NCBI RefSeq assembly: GCF_024700885.2
Contig: NZ_CP117016.1
Length of the DNA stretch: 64,000 nucleotides
Source: Escherichia coli
Lineage (GTDB): Bacteria; Pseudomonadota; Gammaproteobacteria; Enterobacterales; Enterobacteriaceae
Reading direction: 5' to 3' (one strand)
The translations under genes and the position numbers were made by a program. Positions 1-10,478 of this stretch are shown here, in pieces. How positions within the stretch are numbered: the first letter of the stretch is position 1; the number at the start of each line of letters is the position of its first letter. The notes beneath the pieces were generated by a model. That model did not search any database and had not been told where the DNA came from. It worked only from the letters and a program-made list of their open reading frames with translations.

Positions 1-639
1 ATCACGCGAGACAACCTGTATTTCCGGATATTTTCTGAACCAGGTCGCCAGCGTACGCTGATCACGGCCGGGAAGCAGGACGAGGGGACGGTGAGTATCA
101 AGATTGACTATTAACATACCGCAGCAGTGGCCCCGATGCCACGCCCACTCATCAATACCGACATGAGGCGCGCCTGACTGTTTCGTCTCCGGGGTATTGA
201 TAACCCTGCGAAGAAGAGTATCAGCACTGCAACGGAGACCCGCTGCCGTTGCAGCCCGTTTTCCAGCCTCACCTCCAGCTATTAATCCCAGTTGACGTTG
301 TAAATTTTGTAACGCCTGTGAAGACTGTTGGTGTGAACCGGCGAAGGGAGCAAGCGACTCGGCAAAAATTTTACGTGAACAAGCTGGGTTACGGCAGTAC
401 CAGTGGCGGACGGAAAATACAAGCCATAGCGTCTGTCCTGATCAGGGTAGATGCTGTATCCGGCGCCGACAACAACTATGAACAGAGTCGCTACGCTTAA
501 AGCATTCAGGACATTGTGCTGTTTTGCGTTTTCCGTGGAGATGGAGGGTTATACCGTCAGAGCTAATAATTTGTCGACTGCATCGCCATCCGCAAGGTAA
601 CTGTAGAAGTGTCTTAAGAGAGTGCATTGGGTTGCCCAT
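1..639 (-). pseudogene. ISL3-family transposase, N-terminal ~210 codons (gene runs off the window start), with an in-frame TGA at 442-444
   Basis: The minus strand reads in ONE frame: MGNPMHSLKT...ITLHLHGKRKTAQCPECFKRSDSVHSCCRRRIQHLP*SGQTLWLVFSVRHWYCRNPACSRKIFAE...HVGIDEWAWHRGHCCGMLIVNLDTHRPLVLLPGRDQRTLATWFRKYPEIQVVSRD. The zinc-finger CxxC..H..C, GIDE..RRGH-like and VVSRD motifs are typical of ISL3 transposases. The single TGA is one substitution from TGG. Confidence 0.8.
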
Positions 640-922
640 AACTTAAAACAGCTTAGATCCTTGTTCGCCAGAAAGTTTCATCCATTTTCTTCCACCCAGG
701 TTGCGGAAGAACCACTTTTCATCCGTCGTTGACAGATGTGAAGTATGCGGGAGAAAAAGTGAATATCTAACTGTAATAACTCAGACCGGTACGAGTACTC
801 GGGGCGTCTACAATCATTCAGGGCAAAGTGCTAAAATTTCTCTATCCCGGGATGCCCCTACCAACGCAGCACTCCCGGAGATATCATTACAGCTCTGCAA
901 CTGATTTCCGCGACTGAACCGC

Positions 923-1333
923 TCAGTTCCTATCCTTCCAGTTGCCTTCCTGCAGCCCCCCCTCCCTGCTGTATACCCCAGTACCACAACGCGGGCAGCA
1001 CTTTTCCCCCTCATAATCTTCGTCACACATCACACAAAACCACTTTCTCACCTTCACCGTATAATCCGGAACCGTCATGCCCTGCAGATGCAAACGACGG
1101 GCCTCTTTCTCTGCCGGGTCAAGCCAGGTGCATCGCAGCAGGATTTTCGCAGCAACAGTCATCTGGTCATGTTCAAACCACGGCGGTTGTCCGTCATTTC
1201 CCCGCTTAAGTGTTAACGGACAACCACAGGACACACAGCACAAAACGTCCTGTCGGTTGTGCTTCGCGGCTTCTTTCGCCGTAACAAAATGGCCTTTGCT
1301 GTCATTCGCCATATAGCAGTTCAGAATTCGCAT
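923..1333 (-). CDS. putative zinc-ribbon protein (paralog of 2497..2895)
   Basis: 136-aa ORF with a strong SD (CAAGGAGGAGAT directly before ATG at 1333). It has Cys clusters CCVSCGC and CVMC...CCPRCG, and shares a PWFEH motif with the 2497..2895 product. Confidence 0.65.
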   Translation of the reverse strand: MRILNCYMANDSKGHFVTAKEAAKHNRQDVLCCVSCGCPLTLKRGNDGQPPWFEHDQMTVAAKILLRCTWLDPAEKEARRLHLQGMTVPDYTVKVRKWFCVMCDEDYEGEKCCPRCGTGVYSREGGLQEGNWKDRN

Positions 1334-1339
1334 ATCTCC

Positions 1340-2495
<1,156 letters not shown>

Positions 2496-2496
2496 T

Positions 2497-2895
2497 TCAA
2501 GACAGTTGCTGAGCTGTCCGGGGAAGACTGAAACCTCCGGTCTGGCAGTGTGTGCAGTACCGCTCCCCATAATAATCGTGGTGACATTGTCTGCAGTGCC
2601 AGCTGGCTTTACGCACCACGGGTAAGGCATCCGGTACGAATTGCTGCAGACGTTTAATCAACTGTATTTCTCTGCGCTCCGGCCTGACATAAGGGCACTG
2701 TTGACCGTGCTCTGTCAGCCTGTCGTCAGTGTGTTCAAACCAGGGACGTTCAGTGTCGTATTGCGGATGGTAACTGAGTGCACTGCCACACAAGTGGCAG
2801 GTGTAGTTAGCATAAGGTGCGGCCTGTGCAGTACGGGCGCCCGTCAGACGTCCGTTGCCATCAAGAGCGATAAAGGATTTTGCGTACATAGTCAT
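2497..2895 (-). CDS. putative zinc-ribbon protein (paralog of 923..1333)
   Basis: 132-aa ORF with SD GAGGA before ATG 2895. It contains CHLCG...PWFEH...CRQC...CTHC. It lies immediately downstream of the Gp2-type gene on the same strand. Confidence 0.65.
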   Translation of the reverse strand: MTMYAKSFIALDGNGRLTGARTAQAAPYANYTCHLCGSALSYHPQYDTERPWFEHTDDRLTEHGQQCPYVRPERREIQLIKRLQQFVPDALPVVRKASWHCRQCHHDYYGERYCTHCQTGGFSLPRTAQQLS

Positions 2896-3055
2896 ATTCC
2901 TCAGCCGCCAGACGACACGCAGGCAACAGCCGTCCCGGTACGGGCAGCGTGGTCAGGTGTGAATAGCGGTTTTCAGTTCAGTCTCAGAAGGGAAAATCAG
3001 TGTGGTCGCTGTGAACGCGTCATCACACTAAGGTCAGATAAGTCGTCTGTCGGGC

Positions 3056-3625
3056 TCAGCCACGACTGCAGCCAAAGTTGCGCTCACCGGTGCAGTGAGC
3101 TTTGGTATGTTCCTTCGCCAGATAGTCAGCACGTTCCAGCACCTGCTGAAAGCCAGTGTCATCATCGCGTTCCAGCCACACCGCCGGCCAGGCCGGAAAA
3201 TGCACCAGCGTGGCATGGCACCCGACATCCACTCCCAGGGCACTGCACCACGCCTGTTTAATCATCCCGGCCAGTGATCCCGGAGCACGGTAATCACCGG
3301 CACGACACCAGGTATCCCGGTTAACCAGCAGCATCAGGTGATAGTGTTTTTTACCTTTGCACTCCCCAAACTCCCGGGCCCAGACGTAATGCAGGGTGGT
3401 GGGATGCACGCGTTTACCTTCCCGATGCTTACGTTTCTGGTAAGCGTCGATTCGGGCTTTCAGGGCATTGATGAAGCGGGATATCACAGCTGCGTCCGTT
3501 GCTGCCGGTACATCCGGGAAACGCAGGTCAACCCGCAATGCCGTCAGGCGGGGATGAACATTCAGTGCGTGCCGCACCGTCTCACGAATACGTTGCTGCC
3601 AGAAGGGGTTGTATTTGTAGGTCAT
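3056..3625 (-). CDS. inovirus Gp2-type / YagK-YfjJ-domain protein
   Basis: The product MTYKYNPFWQQRIRETV...HPRLTALRVDLRFP...KKHYHLMLLVNRD... resembles the YagK/YfjJ family of CP4-type islands. GGAG lies 8 nt before ATG 3625. The ORF-track N-terminal extension to 3661 is ignored. Confidence 0.7.
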   Translation of the reverse strand: MTYKYNPFWQQRIRETVRHALNVHPRLTALRVDLRFPDVPAATDAAVISRFINALKARIDAYQKRKHREGKRVHPTTLHYVWAREFGECKGKKHYHLMLLVNRDTWCRAGDYRAPGSLAGMIKQAWCSALGVDVGCHATLVHFPAWPAVWLERDDDTGFQQVLERADYLAKEHTKAHCTGERNFGCSRG

Positions 3626-3824
3626 GGTTAAATCTCCGTATGGTTCATACGGAATAGCCACGTCGTAAAAAATGCGCAGAGTCCCTGAAGTGACCTCCGG
3701 CAGGACACTGTCTCAGGCACTCTGAGATAACCCGAACGGTCGTCTCCGGACTGACGGTTGAATTTTCAGCGTTGTTTTTTTAATGTAAAAAACCGGTTAC
3801 GGGTAAGGCTGTGAGGAGGGCGTT

Positions 3825-4025
3825 ATGGTGATACGCAAAAAGAAGTGCAGGGACTGTGGAAACGCGATTACTCATAATACTGTGTATTGCCCGTATTGTG
3901 GTTCTGTCGACCCCTTCGGCTATTACCGGAATACAGACCGTATCGTTACCATACTGCTGGCACTGATTATTGTGGTCCTGCTGACTACTGTCAGCGTCAG
4001 TGTGTATATACTGTGTAGCTGGTGA
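3825..4025 (+). CDS. small zinc-ribbon membrane protein (hypothetical)
   Basis: 66 aa with SD GAGGAGGG upstream. It has CRDCG...CPYCG followed by a hydrophobic helix (IVTILLALIIVVLLTTVSVSVYIL). Confidence 0.5.
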   Translation: MVIRKKKCRDCGNAITHNTVYCPYCGSVDPFGYYRNTDRIVTILLALIIVVLLTTVSVSVYILCSW

Positions 4026-4439
4026 GATAACGGTTCATGTATCCCCTGAGCTGACAGTGTACCGGTTATATTAAGCGTAACCGACAGGTTCTCCTTCATA
4101 CCATATTAAATTTTTCCAGGTATTGCCGCTGCCTTATTTCGTCCCATACAGGAAAACTCGTCTGGGTTTCTGACAAATACGTGAAACTCACAGCCCCTCA
4201 ATATCAACCACACGCTGTAAGCCGGTAATACCTGAAAATCAGCCCATTACCGCCCACGCCTCCGGCACCATTCCCTTTTGATTTCGAATTCTTTGTTGTC
4301 GCTATACCGCTTAACGTTCCCGGTATTATCCTGGTTCCCGACAACAGGAACATATTCAGCTTTTAATAACCTGAGAAGAGCCAATAAGAATCACAAAGCG
4401 GATAACACCTGGTGCGATGCAGTTGTGATTACCGAACGC

Positions 4440-4638
4440 TCAGATGACATATTTCCAGACTGAAGCGGGAACACGATCGTAAAGCTTGTTCATTGTCAGT
4501 TCTGCCAGCCAGTGATCAACCACAGAGTTGAAGGCTTCCAGTTCCGCAGAGGTAAGTTTATAACGCGTGTGGGAAATCACTTTTTCCAGCGTCTCCCGGG
4601 ATGAACAACGACGGAACTGCTTTGGTTTTAACTTCCAT
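4440..4638 (-). pseudogene. small ORF apparently frameshifted in an A4 run (hypothetical)
   Basis: ATG at 4638 follows GAGAGG. The reading MEVKTKAV... stops after 26 codons, but the next frame continues KPKQFRRCSSRETLEKVISHTRYKLTSAELEAFNSVVDHWLAELTMNKLYDRVPASVWKYVI* to 4440. The span is 199 nt (3n+1), consistent with one extra A in GTTAAAACC. Confidence 0.3.
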
Positions 4639-5347
4639 TAGCCTCTCATCACTTTATGCTGCAATTAACGTGATACTGTCAGCATACCGCCAGACTGGCA
4701 TTCTGGTACCCACCCCAAACTCATTACTCCCGAGCCACCACTTAACCGGTCTCTCAGACTGTCACTCACCAGGTCGGATATGTTTACCGCTCAGACGGAT
4801 GCTTAATGCACTCTGTTCACGTACATTGCAGATACGTTTTATATACGCGGGTTATACGCCAGCTATCAGGGATAGCGCAGTCTGTTGCTACTGCGTTCTC
4901 ATCATGCCCACTGATCACACTCACCGTGTTTATTTCACATATATGAACTCATGTATTTGATCTCATGTGTTTGATCTCTCTTATATATTTATAATACCAA
5001 TCAGACAGTCTTATCCCATCGGTGATACCTGTCGCCTGCCCACCGGACACGGTCTGCCCCATCGTAACCGCTCCGTAAATAACTCTGCAATTATCAGAAC
5101 GCCAGTTTTCCCCTCTTCCTCACGAAAATCATCCCTTCTTTATCGCGCGCGCGTGCGGAAGCATCGTTTCGTAACAACCACCCGGCATACCGGTACGGCT
5201 CAGCCACCGTAACCTCCCCGTTTATCTCCTGGCGGTCACATTCCCGATTATTTTTTACGTTTCTCCCCGGTTGTTATGCCGGTGAAGGTGGTGCGTTGTT
5301 TTCATGACCACACCGGCTGGTTTAACAACATCCGGAGGAACATTCTC

Positions 5348-5554
5348 ATGATCACCCCAGTTTCACTGATGGATGACCAGATGGTCGACATGGCATTTAT
5401 CACTCAACTGACCGGCCTGACCGATAAGTGGTTTTACAAACTCATCAAGGATGGTGACTTTCCTGCGCCCATCAAAATGGGCCGCAGCTCCCGATGGCTG
5501 AAAAGCGAAGTGGAAGCCTGGCTGCAGGCGCGTATTGCACAGTCCCGTCCGTAA
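5348..5554 (+). CDS. AlpA-family transcriptional regulator / excisionase-like protein
   Basis: MITPVSLMDDQMVDMAFITQLTGLTDKWFYKLIKDGDFPAPIKMGRSSRWLKSEVEAWLQARI is a classic AlpA/Xis-type HTH. SD GGAGG lies before ATG 5348. Confidence 0.85.
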   Translation: MITPVSLMDDQMVDMAFITQLTGLTDKWFYKLIKDGDFPAPIKMGRSSRWLKSEVEAWLQARIAQSRP

Positions 5555-5634
5555 TTCTTAACCGTTCATCTGCAACAGACGCAGTCTCCGGCCTGCCGGC
5601 GGCGTTCTGCTGCCTGTTATCCCCCGTGAGGAAT

Positions 5635-6243
5635 ATGAAAATGAAACCACAGTATCAGACCCGTTACGAGCTGCTCCACGAAAGCTACCAGAAATGGCTG
5701 ACCGGCTTCACCCGGCACGCCGTATCCTGGGGCGTGTGTCATCCGAATATCTACTACTTCCATAATCTGACGCCCGGGTGGGTGTCATTCAATGGTGAAA
5801 AACCGGAGATTGCCATCGTACCCCAGAGTCTGCACCGGCTGATTTATGGTCCGGACAAACGGACCACGCCGCCCCTGGATGATGATCTGATAGTGAATTT
5901 ATGCACCAGTGAACATCTGCTGGTTCATCATCCGATGCTGGAAGGCATTCTCCTGTCTGAATGTGAACGTCTGAGGCAGCGTTCGCTGGCAAATAAACTG
6001 ATCAGCCTCTTCCGTCAGTTTGGTGGCACGGAGTTGCGCCTCAAACTGGTCTGGCTTTGCTGGCTTGATTTAATGACCGGAAACTGCCTTGACGACTGGA
6101 CGGAGAATCTGAAACGGAAATCAGAAAAAGAGCTGGAGGAATGGATCATCAACCGTCAGAAGCAGAGCGCAGCACTGACGGATCTGATGGATCAGTACGT
6201 GCTCCTGGCATACCGCACAACGGTTGACGATAAGCGCACCTGA
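5635..6243 (+). CDS. hypothetical island protein
   Basis: 202-aa ORF from ATG 5635 (GTGAGGAAT upstream). The ORF-track upstream extension overlaps the AlpA-family gene and is discounted. No family recognised. Confidence 0.55.
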   Translation: MKMKPQYQTRYELLHESYQKWLTGFTRHAVSWGVCHPNIYYFHNLTPGWVSFNGEKPEIAIVPQSLHRLIYGPDKRTTPPLDDDLIVNLCTSEHLLVHHPMLEGILLSECERLRQRSLANKLISLFRQFGGTELRLKLVWLCWLDLMTGNCLDDWTENLKRKSEKELEEWIINRQKQSAALTDLMDQYVLLAYRTTVDDKRT

Positions 6244-6465
6244 TGCCAGTTGTTTCAGGGAAGCTGGTATCCGGGCAGGGTGCCAGGGCTGACTGAACGG
6301 CCTGTCTGCCTGCCGTTTCGCTCTCCGTGCGTTCTGTCACACGCTGCACCTGAACGCCGGACTGCGGGCACGCAGACAGGAAAGTCGCAGGCTGGAACTT
6401 CTGACCGGCGGGTATCAGTTATATGCCTGTTGATTCATCACCACCACGCAGCTCCTGAGCTTTAG

Positions 6466-6505
6466 TTCATCACCGATATTCATACATCTGAATATCGGTG
6501 ATGAA
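6466..6505. terminator. perfect 17-bp stem / 6-nt loop hairpin between convergent genes
   Basis: TTCATCACCGATATTCA-tacatc-TGAATATCGGTGATGAA. There is no clear U-tract on either side. Confidence 0.45.
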
Positions 6506-6564
6506 ATCCCCATAATAATCAATCATCTAAGTCTGAAGCATAATGGAGAAAAACTGCTCACCGG

Positions 6565-8049
6565 TTACTTCGCTCTCAGCTTATTGTAGTGATAACCCGA
6601 GGTAAAAATACCAGAGACATCAGACAACTTTAAACTGGCTATCTGGGGAAGCAGAACATACATGGTTTTTCCTTCCGGCACGACAGAAAGCCTGAACTGA
6701 GATTCAAGAATGTTCAGCAATGCGTTCAGTTTTTTCCTGTTTCTGAACCGACCCGGGCCACACTGGAGAATATAATTTTTCCTGACACGGGGTGGGCATT
6801 CTCCGCGGCACTCCTCAATGAGCCAGTCGAACAGCTCCTCGGCGTCCTTCTGCTGCAGTTCAGATTCATCAGGTAACGCAAATAATTTTTTATATTCATC
6901 TGTGTACCACGAACTTATTACGACAGCAGACGTCATGATATCGGCAGAGATTTTCCCTTCACCATAGCTGAAATACTGAAATAACGCTGCAATTCTTGCA
7001 ATGTTTTCTGTTTTTTTTGAAACATGTCCTCGAAACGGGCTTAAGGGTCCGGAAGGGGATAAATCCTGCTCCAGAACATTATAGTGCTCAATAAATATTT
7101 TTTGCGCTTCAGGCGAAAAATGCAGACAATACCGTTCATCCTCACTGGATTTTTCAATACTGCCTCTGGCCAGTTCCATTAATCGTTCATGAAATGCCGT
7201 TAATAATCCTCCCGGAATCACAGCTCCGTTAATAAAGCGTTTCCCCTGCGTGGTTGCAGGTTTACTGATAAGACAACGGGCAAGAAAACCACTGTCCCTG
7301 GCAACAGAACCTTTTCGCTCCATATATCGGTCAAAAAGACCGGGTTGCACCATGAGGGATAACGTCATTCTGGCATTTTCAATCATCTGTTCGGGTTCAT
7401 TCTTTCTGTCCACAGACAATACAGAGCCATCCCACATTTTGTTAATAAAAGGCAACTCAGACAGGGTATATCCATCAAATATAATACCGGCTTCATCTGA
7501 CATAATACCCACTGAACGCCATTTACCACAAAGCTGATTCTTAATTGCCGCAGTCGTGGCATCATTAAAAATGAATTTATACCTCACAGGTTCTTCCGCA
7601 CTGTTTTTCTGAAGTACTTCCAGTTGTCTGAGGGTTTCTGACTCATCCGCGCCTTTGCGGAGTTCTTTATTCAGTTTTGACAACAATGCTTTTTTCTGAG
7701 CCTTTAAAAGCTCTTCCTTGTTTTTCCAGACAGCCAGTTCACTTTTGTATCTGGAATATAACTGCATCTCCTGCTGGTACAGGGGCTTCATTAATAATTT
7801 GTCCACTGCGGTTTTTCGTTCTCCGGACTCGGCAAGCGTCAGGAAAAAAAGAGAGACCGGCCCCCGCAGTGTATTCAGTCTGCAGACATCAATCAGATTC
7901 TGGCAGACAAGTGAAACAGCGCCCAGGGCAGACGCTGCCACAAGCCCAAGGGGAGCCTGCGTAATTTGCTGAGCTTCAATAACGGCATCACGAATGAGTG
8001 GAGGCAGCGAACTCAGGGGAAACTCATCACAAGGCTGACCGAATGACAT
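6565..8049 (-). CDS. YfjI-like DUF3987 protein
   Basis: MSFGQPCDEFPLSSLPPLIRDAVIEAQQITQAPLGLVAASALGAVSLVCQ... resembles CP4-57 YfjI. The start is taken at ATG 8049 rather than the ORF-track start 8118. Confidence 0.8.
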   Translation of the reverse strand: MSFGQPCDEFPLSSLPPLIRDAVIEAQQITQAPLGLVAASALGAVSLVCQNLIDVCRLNTLRGPVSLFFLTLAESGERKTAVDKLLMKPLYQQEMQLYSRYKSELAVWKNKEELLKAQKKALLSKLNKELRKGADESETLRQLEVLQKNSAEEPVRYKFIFNDATTAAIKNQLCGKWRSVGIMSDEAGIIFDGYTLSELPFINKMWDGSVLSVDRKNEPEQMIENARMTLSLMVQPGLFDRYMERKGSVARDSGFLARCLISKPATTQGKRFINGAVIPGGLLTAFHERLMELARGSIEKSSEDERYCLHFSPEAQKIFIEHYNVLEQDLSPSGPLSPFRGHVSKKTENIARIAALFQYFSYGEGKISADIMTSAVVISSWYTDEYKKLFALPDESELQQKDAEELFDWLIEECRGECPPRVRKNYILQCGPGRFRNRKKLNALLNILESQFRLSVVPEGKTMYVLLPQIASLKLSDVSGIFTSGYHYNKLRAK

Positions 8050-9278
8050 AGTAACCTCACTACACACAGATATAAAAGCACTGCAATTCTGGCTATTAAT
8101 AGCAAAAATAGCAGTCAAATCAATATGAGGTAAAAATTTTTGTTGATTTAATGGTTAAATAATAACCACAGTGTGTTTTGCTGCTGAAGAAAGACAAAAT
8201 GAATCTGTGTGTCCCCTCCTTCCCTTCAGAGCACATCCACTATTCAAATTTTACACAACCACGTACGAACAAAAAGCATCATCCCGGGTATTGCAGATAC
8301 CGGTTTCCTGCCGGGATGAATCATAAACAGAACACCGGGAATAACGCCTTCAGGAATCCCCCCCTCCTGAAGAAGAATAAAATAAAGAAGACTACAGTTC
8401 CTGCACTGTATGCTGAGTACAATATTCTATGGACAGGATGACATATTTATAAATAACAAAAACCATTTAATACTGATACATCAATAAAATACTTCCTCCC
8501 TGCTGACGCAGATAAAATGCACCATTTTTTCTTCAAATACTTCTGTATAATCGCCAGCCAATGATGAGAATGGATTAAAATAACACTTCTTCGACAAACA
8601 CAAAAACAGCCTTCATTTTACATCATCATCCAGTTTCAGTTAACCCCGGACGAGCAACAGCGTTTCAGTACAGGAATTAAAAGCCAGCTTTTGCTCAGTA
8701 AAAACACACTCAACTAATAATATCTCAGCAGATATTATCCTGACCAGGACACCTCACATTACTGAATTCTCTTCCGACAGTATCACTGCACAAATAAAAA
8801 AGAACGGGATAAATATTCAGACCGGAAGAATGGTGTCACAAAAGCATTTAATCATTACGCATGACCAGGAAGGGAAACACTTAACCACATGGTATCAACA
8901 GATATCATTACGTGTGCACCCTTATAAAAAACACACAGAAGAAGTAAGATAATTATAAATGTAAATTTAATATCTCCCACTGACATCTCCCCCACAATAC
9001 ACTGAAAAATACTCACAGCAGTAAACACAGACACACCTGATAATCATGCAGCCGATAAATATTTTCCCCTTTACGGAGAAATCAGCCTGCTGTTTAACAA
9101 TAACGGCGTATTTTCATGGAAGGAGATCACCCAGTAACGGATAAGTCCTGATCTCCTTCATGTTAATACGCAACAATCCCATCGATTAAAAACAATTTCA
9201 GACAGATATTATCTCCGTGAATCCCCCGCCACCTTTCCGGTGCGCGGGATTTTGTCTTTTTTCACCGGGAATACATGT

Positions 9279-10151
9279 ATGAATCCGTCTGATGCCATTG
9301 AGGCAATTGAAAAACCGCTCTCCTCCCTGCCTTACTCGCTTTCCCGTCACATCCTGGAACATCTGCGCAAACTCACCCGTCACGAACCCGTGATTGGCAT
9401 TATGGGTAAAAGCGGGGCCGGTAAATCCTCACTCTGTAATGCACTGTTTCAGGGGGAGGTCACCCCGGTCAGTGATGTTCACGCCGGCACCCGGGAAGTA
9501 CGGCGCTTCCGTCTGAGTGGCCACGGTCACAGCATGGTTATCACTGACCTGCCCGGGGTGGGCGAGAGCCGGGACAGGGATGCAGAGTATGAGGCCCTGT
9601 ACCGTGACATTCTGCCTGAACTTGACCTGGTACTGTGGCTGATTAAAGCCGATGACCGTGCCCTGTCTGTGGATGAGTATTTCTGGCGACACATCCTGCA
9701 CCGGGGACATCAGCGGGTACTGTTTGTGGTGACGCAGGCCGACAAAACGGAGCCCTGCCATGAATGGGATATGGCCGGTATTCAGCCTTCTCCTGCACAG
9801 GCACAGAATATTCGCGAAAAAACGGAGGCGGTATTCCGTCTGTTCCGGCCCGTACATCCGGTTGTGGCCGTATCGGCCCGCACCGGCTGGGAACTGGATA
9901 CGCTGGTCAGTGCGCTCATGACAGCGCTTCCCGACCATGCCGCCAGTCCCCTGATGACCCGACTGCAGGACGAGCTGCGCACGGAATCTGTCCGGTCTCA
10001 GGCCCGTGAACAGTTTACCGGTGCGGTGGACCGGATATTTGACACAGCGGAGAGCGTCTGTGTTGCCTCTGTTGTCCGTACGGCCCTGCGCGCTGTTCGT
10101 GACACGGTGGTCTCTGTTGCCCGTGCGGTATGGAACTGGATTTTCTTCTGA
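9279..10151 (+). CDS. yeeP: YeeP/YfjP/YkfA-family GTPase (full length)
   Basis: MNPSDAIEAIEKPL...IGIMGKSGAGKSSLCNALF (Walker A)...DLPGVGES...VVTQADK (NKxD-like). It sits directly upstream of flu, as in CP4-44. Confidence 0.85.
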   Translation: MNPSDAIEAIEKPLSSLPYSLSRHILEHLRKLTRHEPVIGIMGKSGAGKSSLCNALFQGEVTPVSDVHAGTREVRRFRLSGHGHSMVITDLPGVGESRDRDAEYEALYRDILPELDLVLWLIKADDRALSVDEYFWRHILHRGHQRVLFVVTQADKTEPCHEWDMAGIQPSPAQAQNIREKTEAVFRLFRPVHPVVAVSARTGWELDTLVSALMTALPDHAASPLMTRLQDELRTESVRSQAREQFTGAVDRIFDTAESVCVASVVRTALRAVRDTVVSVARAVWNWIFF

Positions 10152-10249
10152 ACCTGTCGTGACTGATGCCCTCCCTGACTCTGAGTCTGCTCACAAAAGC
10201 ACTGTTTTCGTTACTGTCTCTCTTGTCCGTGCAATAGCTCAATAATAGA

Positions 10250-10300
10250 ATAAAACGATCGATATCTATTTTATCGATCGTTTATATCGATCGATAAGCT
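10250..10300 (+). promoter_or_regulatory. agn43 (flu) phase-variation switch: three GATC sites / OxyR operator
   Basis: GATC occurs at 10257-10260, 10276-10279 and 10289-10292 within aaaacGATCGATatctattttatCGATCGtttatatCGATCGATaagc, ~190 nt upstream of the flu ATG. Confidence 0.85.
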
Positions 10301-10478
10301 AATAATAACCTTTGTCAGTAACATGCACAGATACGTACAGAAAGACATTCAGGGAACAACAGAACCACAATTCAGAAACTCCCACAGCCGGACCTCCGGC
10401 ACTGTAACCCTTTACCTGCCGGTATCCACGTTTGTGGGTACCGGCTTTTTTATTCACCCTCAATCTAAGGAAAAGCTG

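Noticed and set aside
5494-5634. Upstream extension of the 5635-6243 ORF overlapping the AlpA-family gene
   Set aside because: It overlaps the AlpA-family gene's 3' end (61 nt) in another frame with no SD. An ATG with an SD-like GAGG is present at 5635.
8178-8441. 87-aa ORF in the AT-rich spacer
   Set aside because: It has a TTG-type start, no SD, and a Lys/Asn/Pro-rich low-complexity product. It is probably a chance ORF in AT-rich DNA.
10323-10478. N-terminal extension of flu (ORF-track start at 10323)
   Set aside because: The extension overlaps the promoter and leader and reads as non-protein-like text. The canonical MKRHLNTCYRLVWNH start is at 10479.
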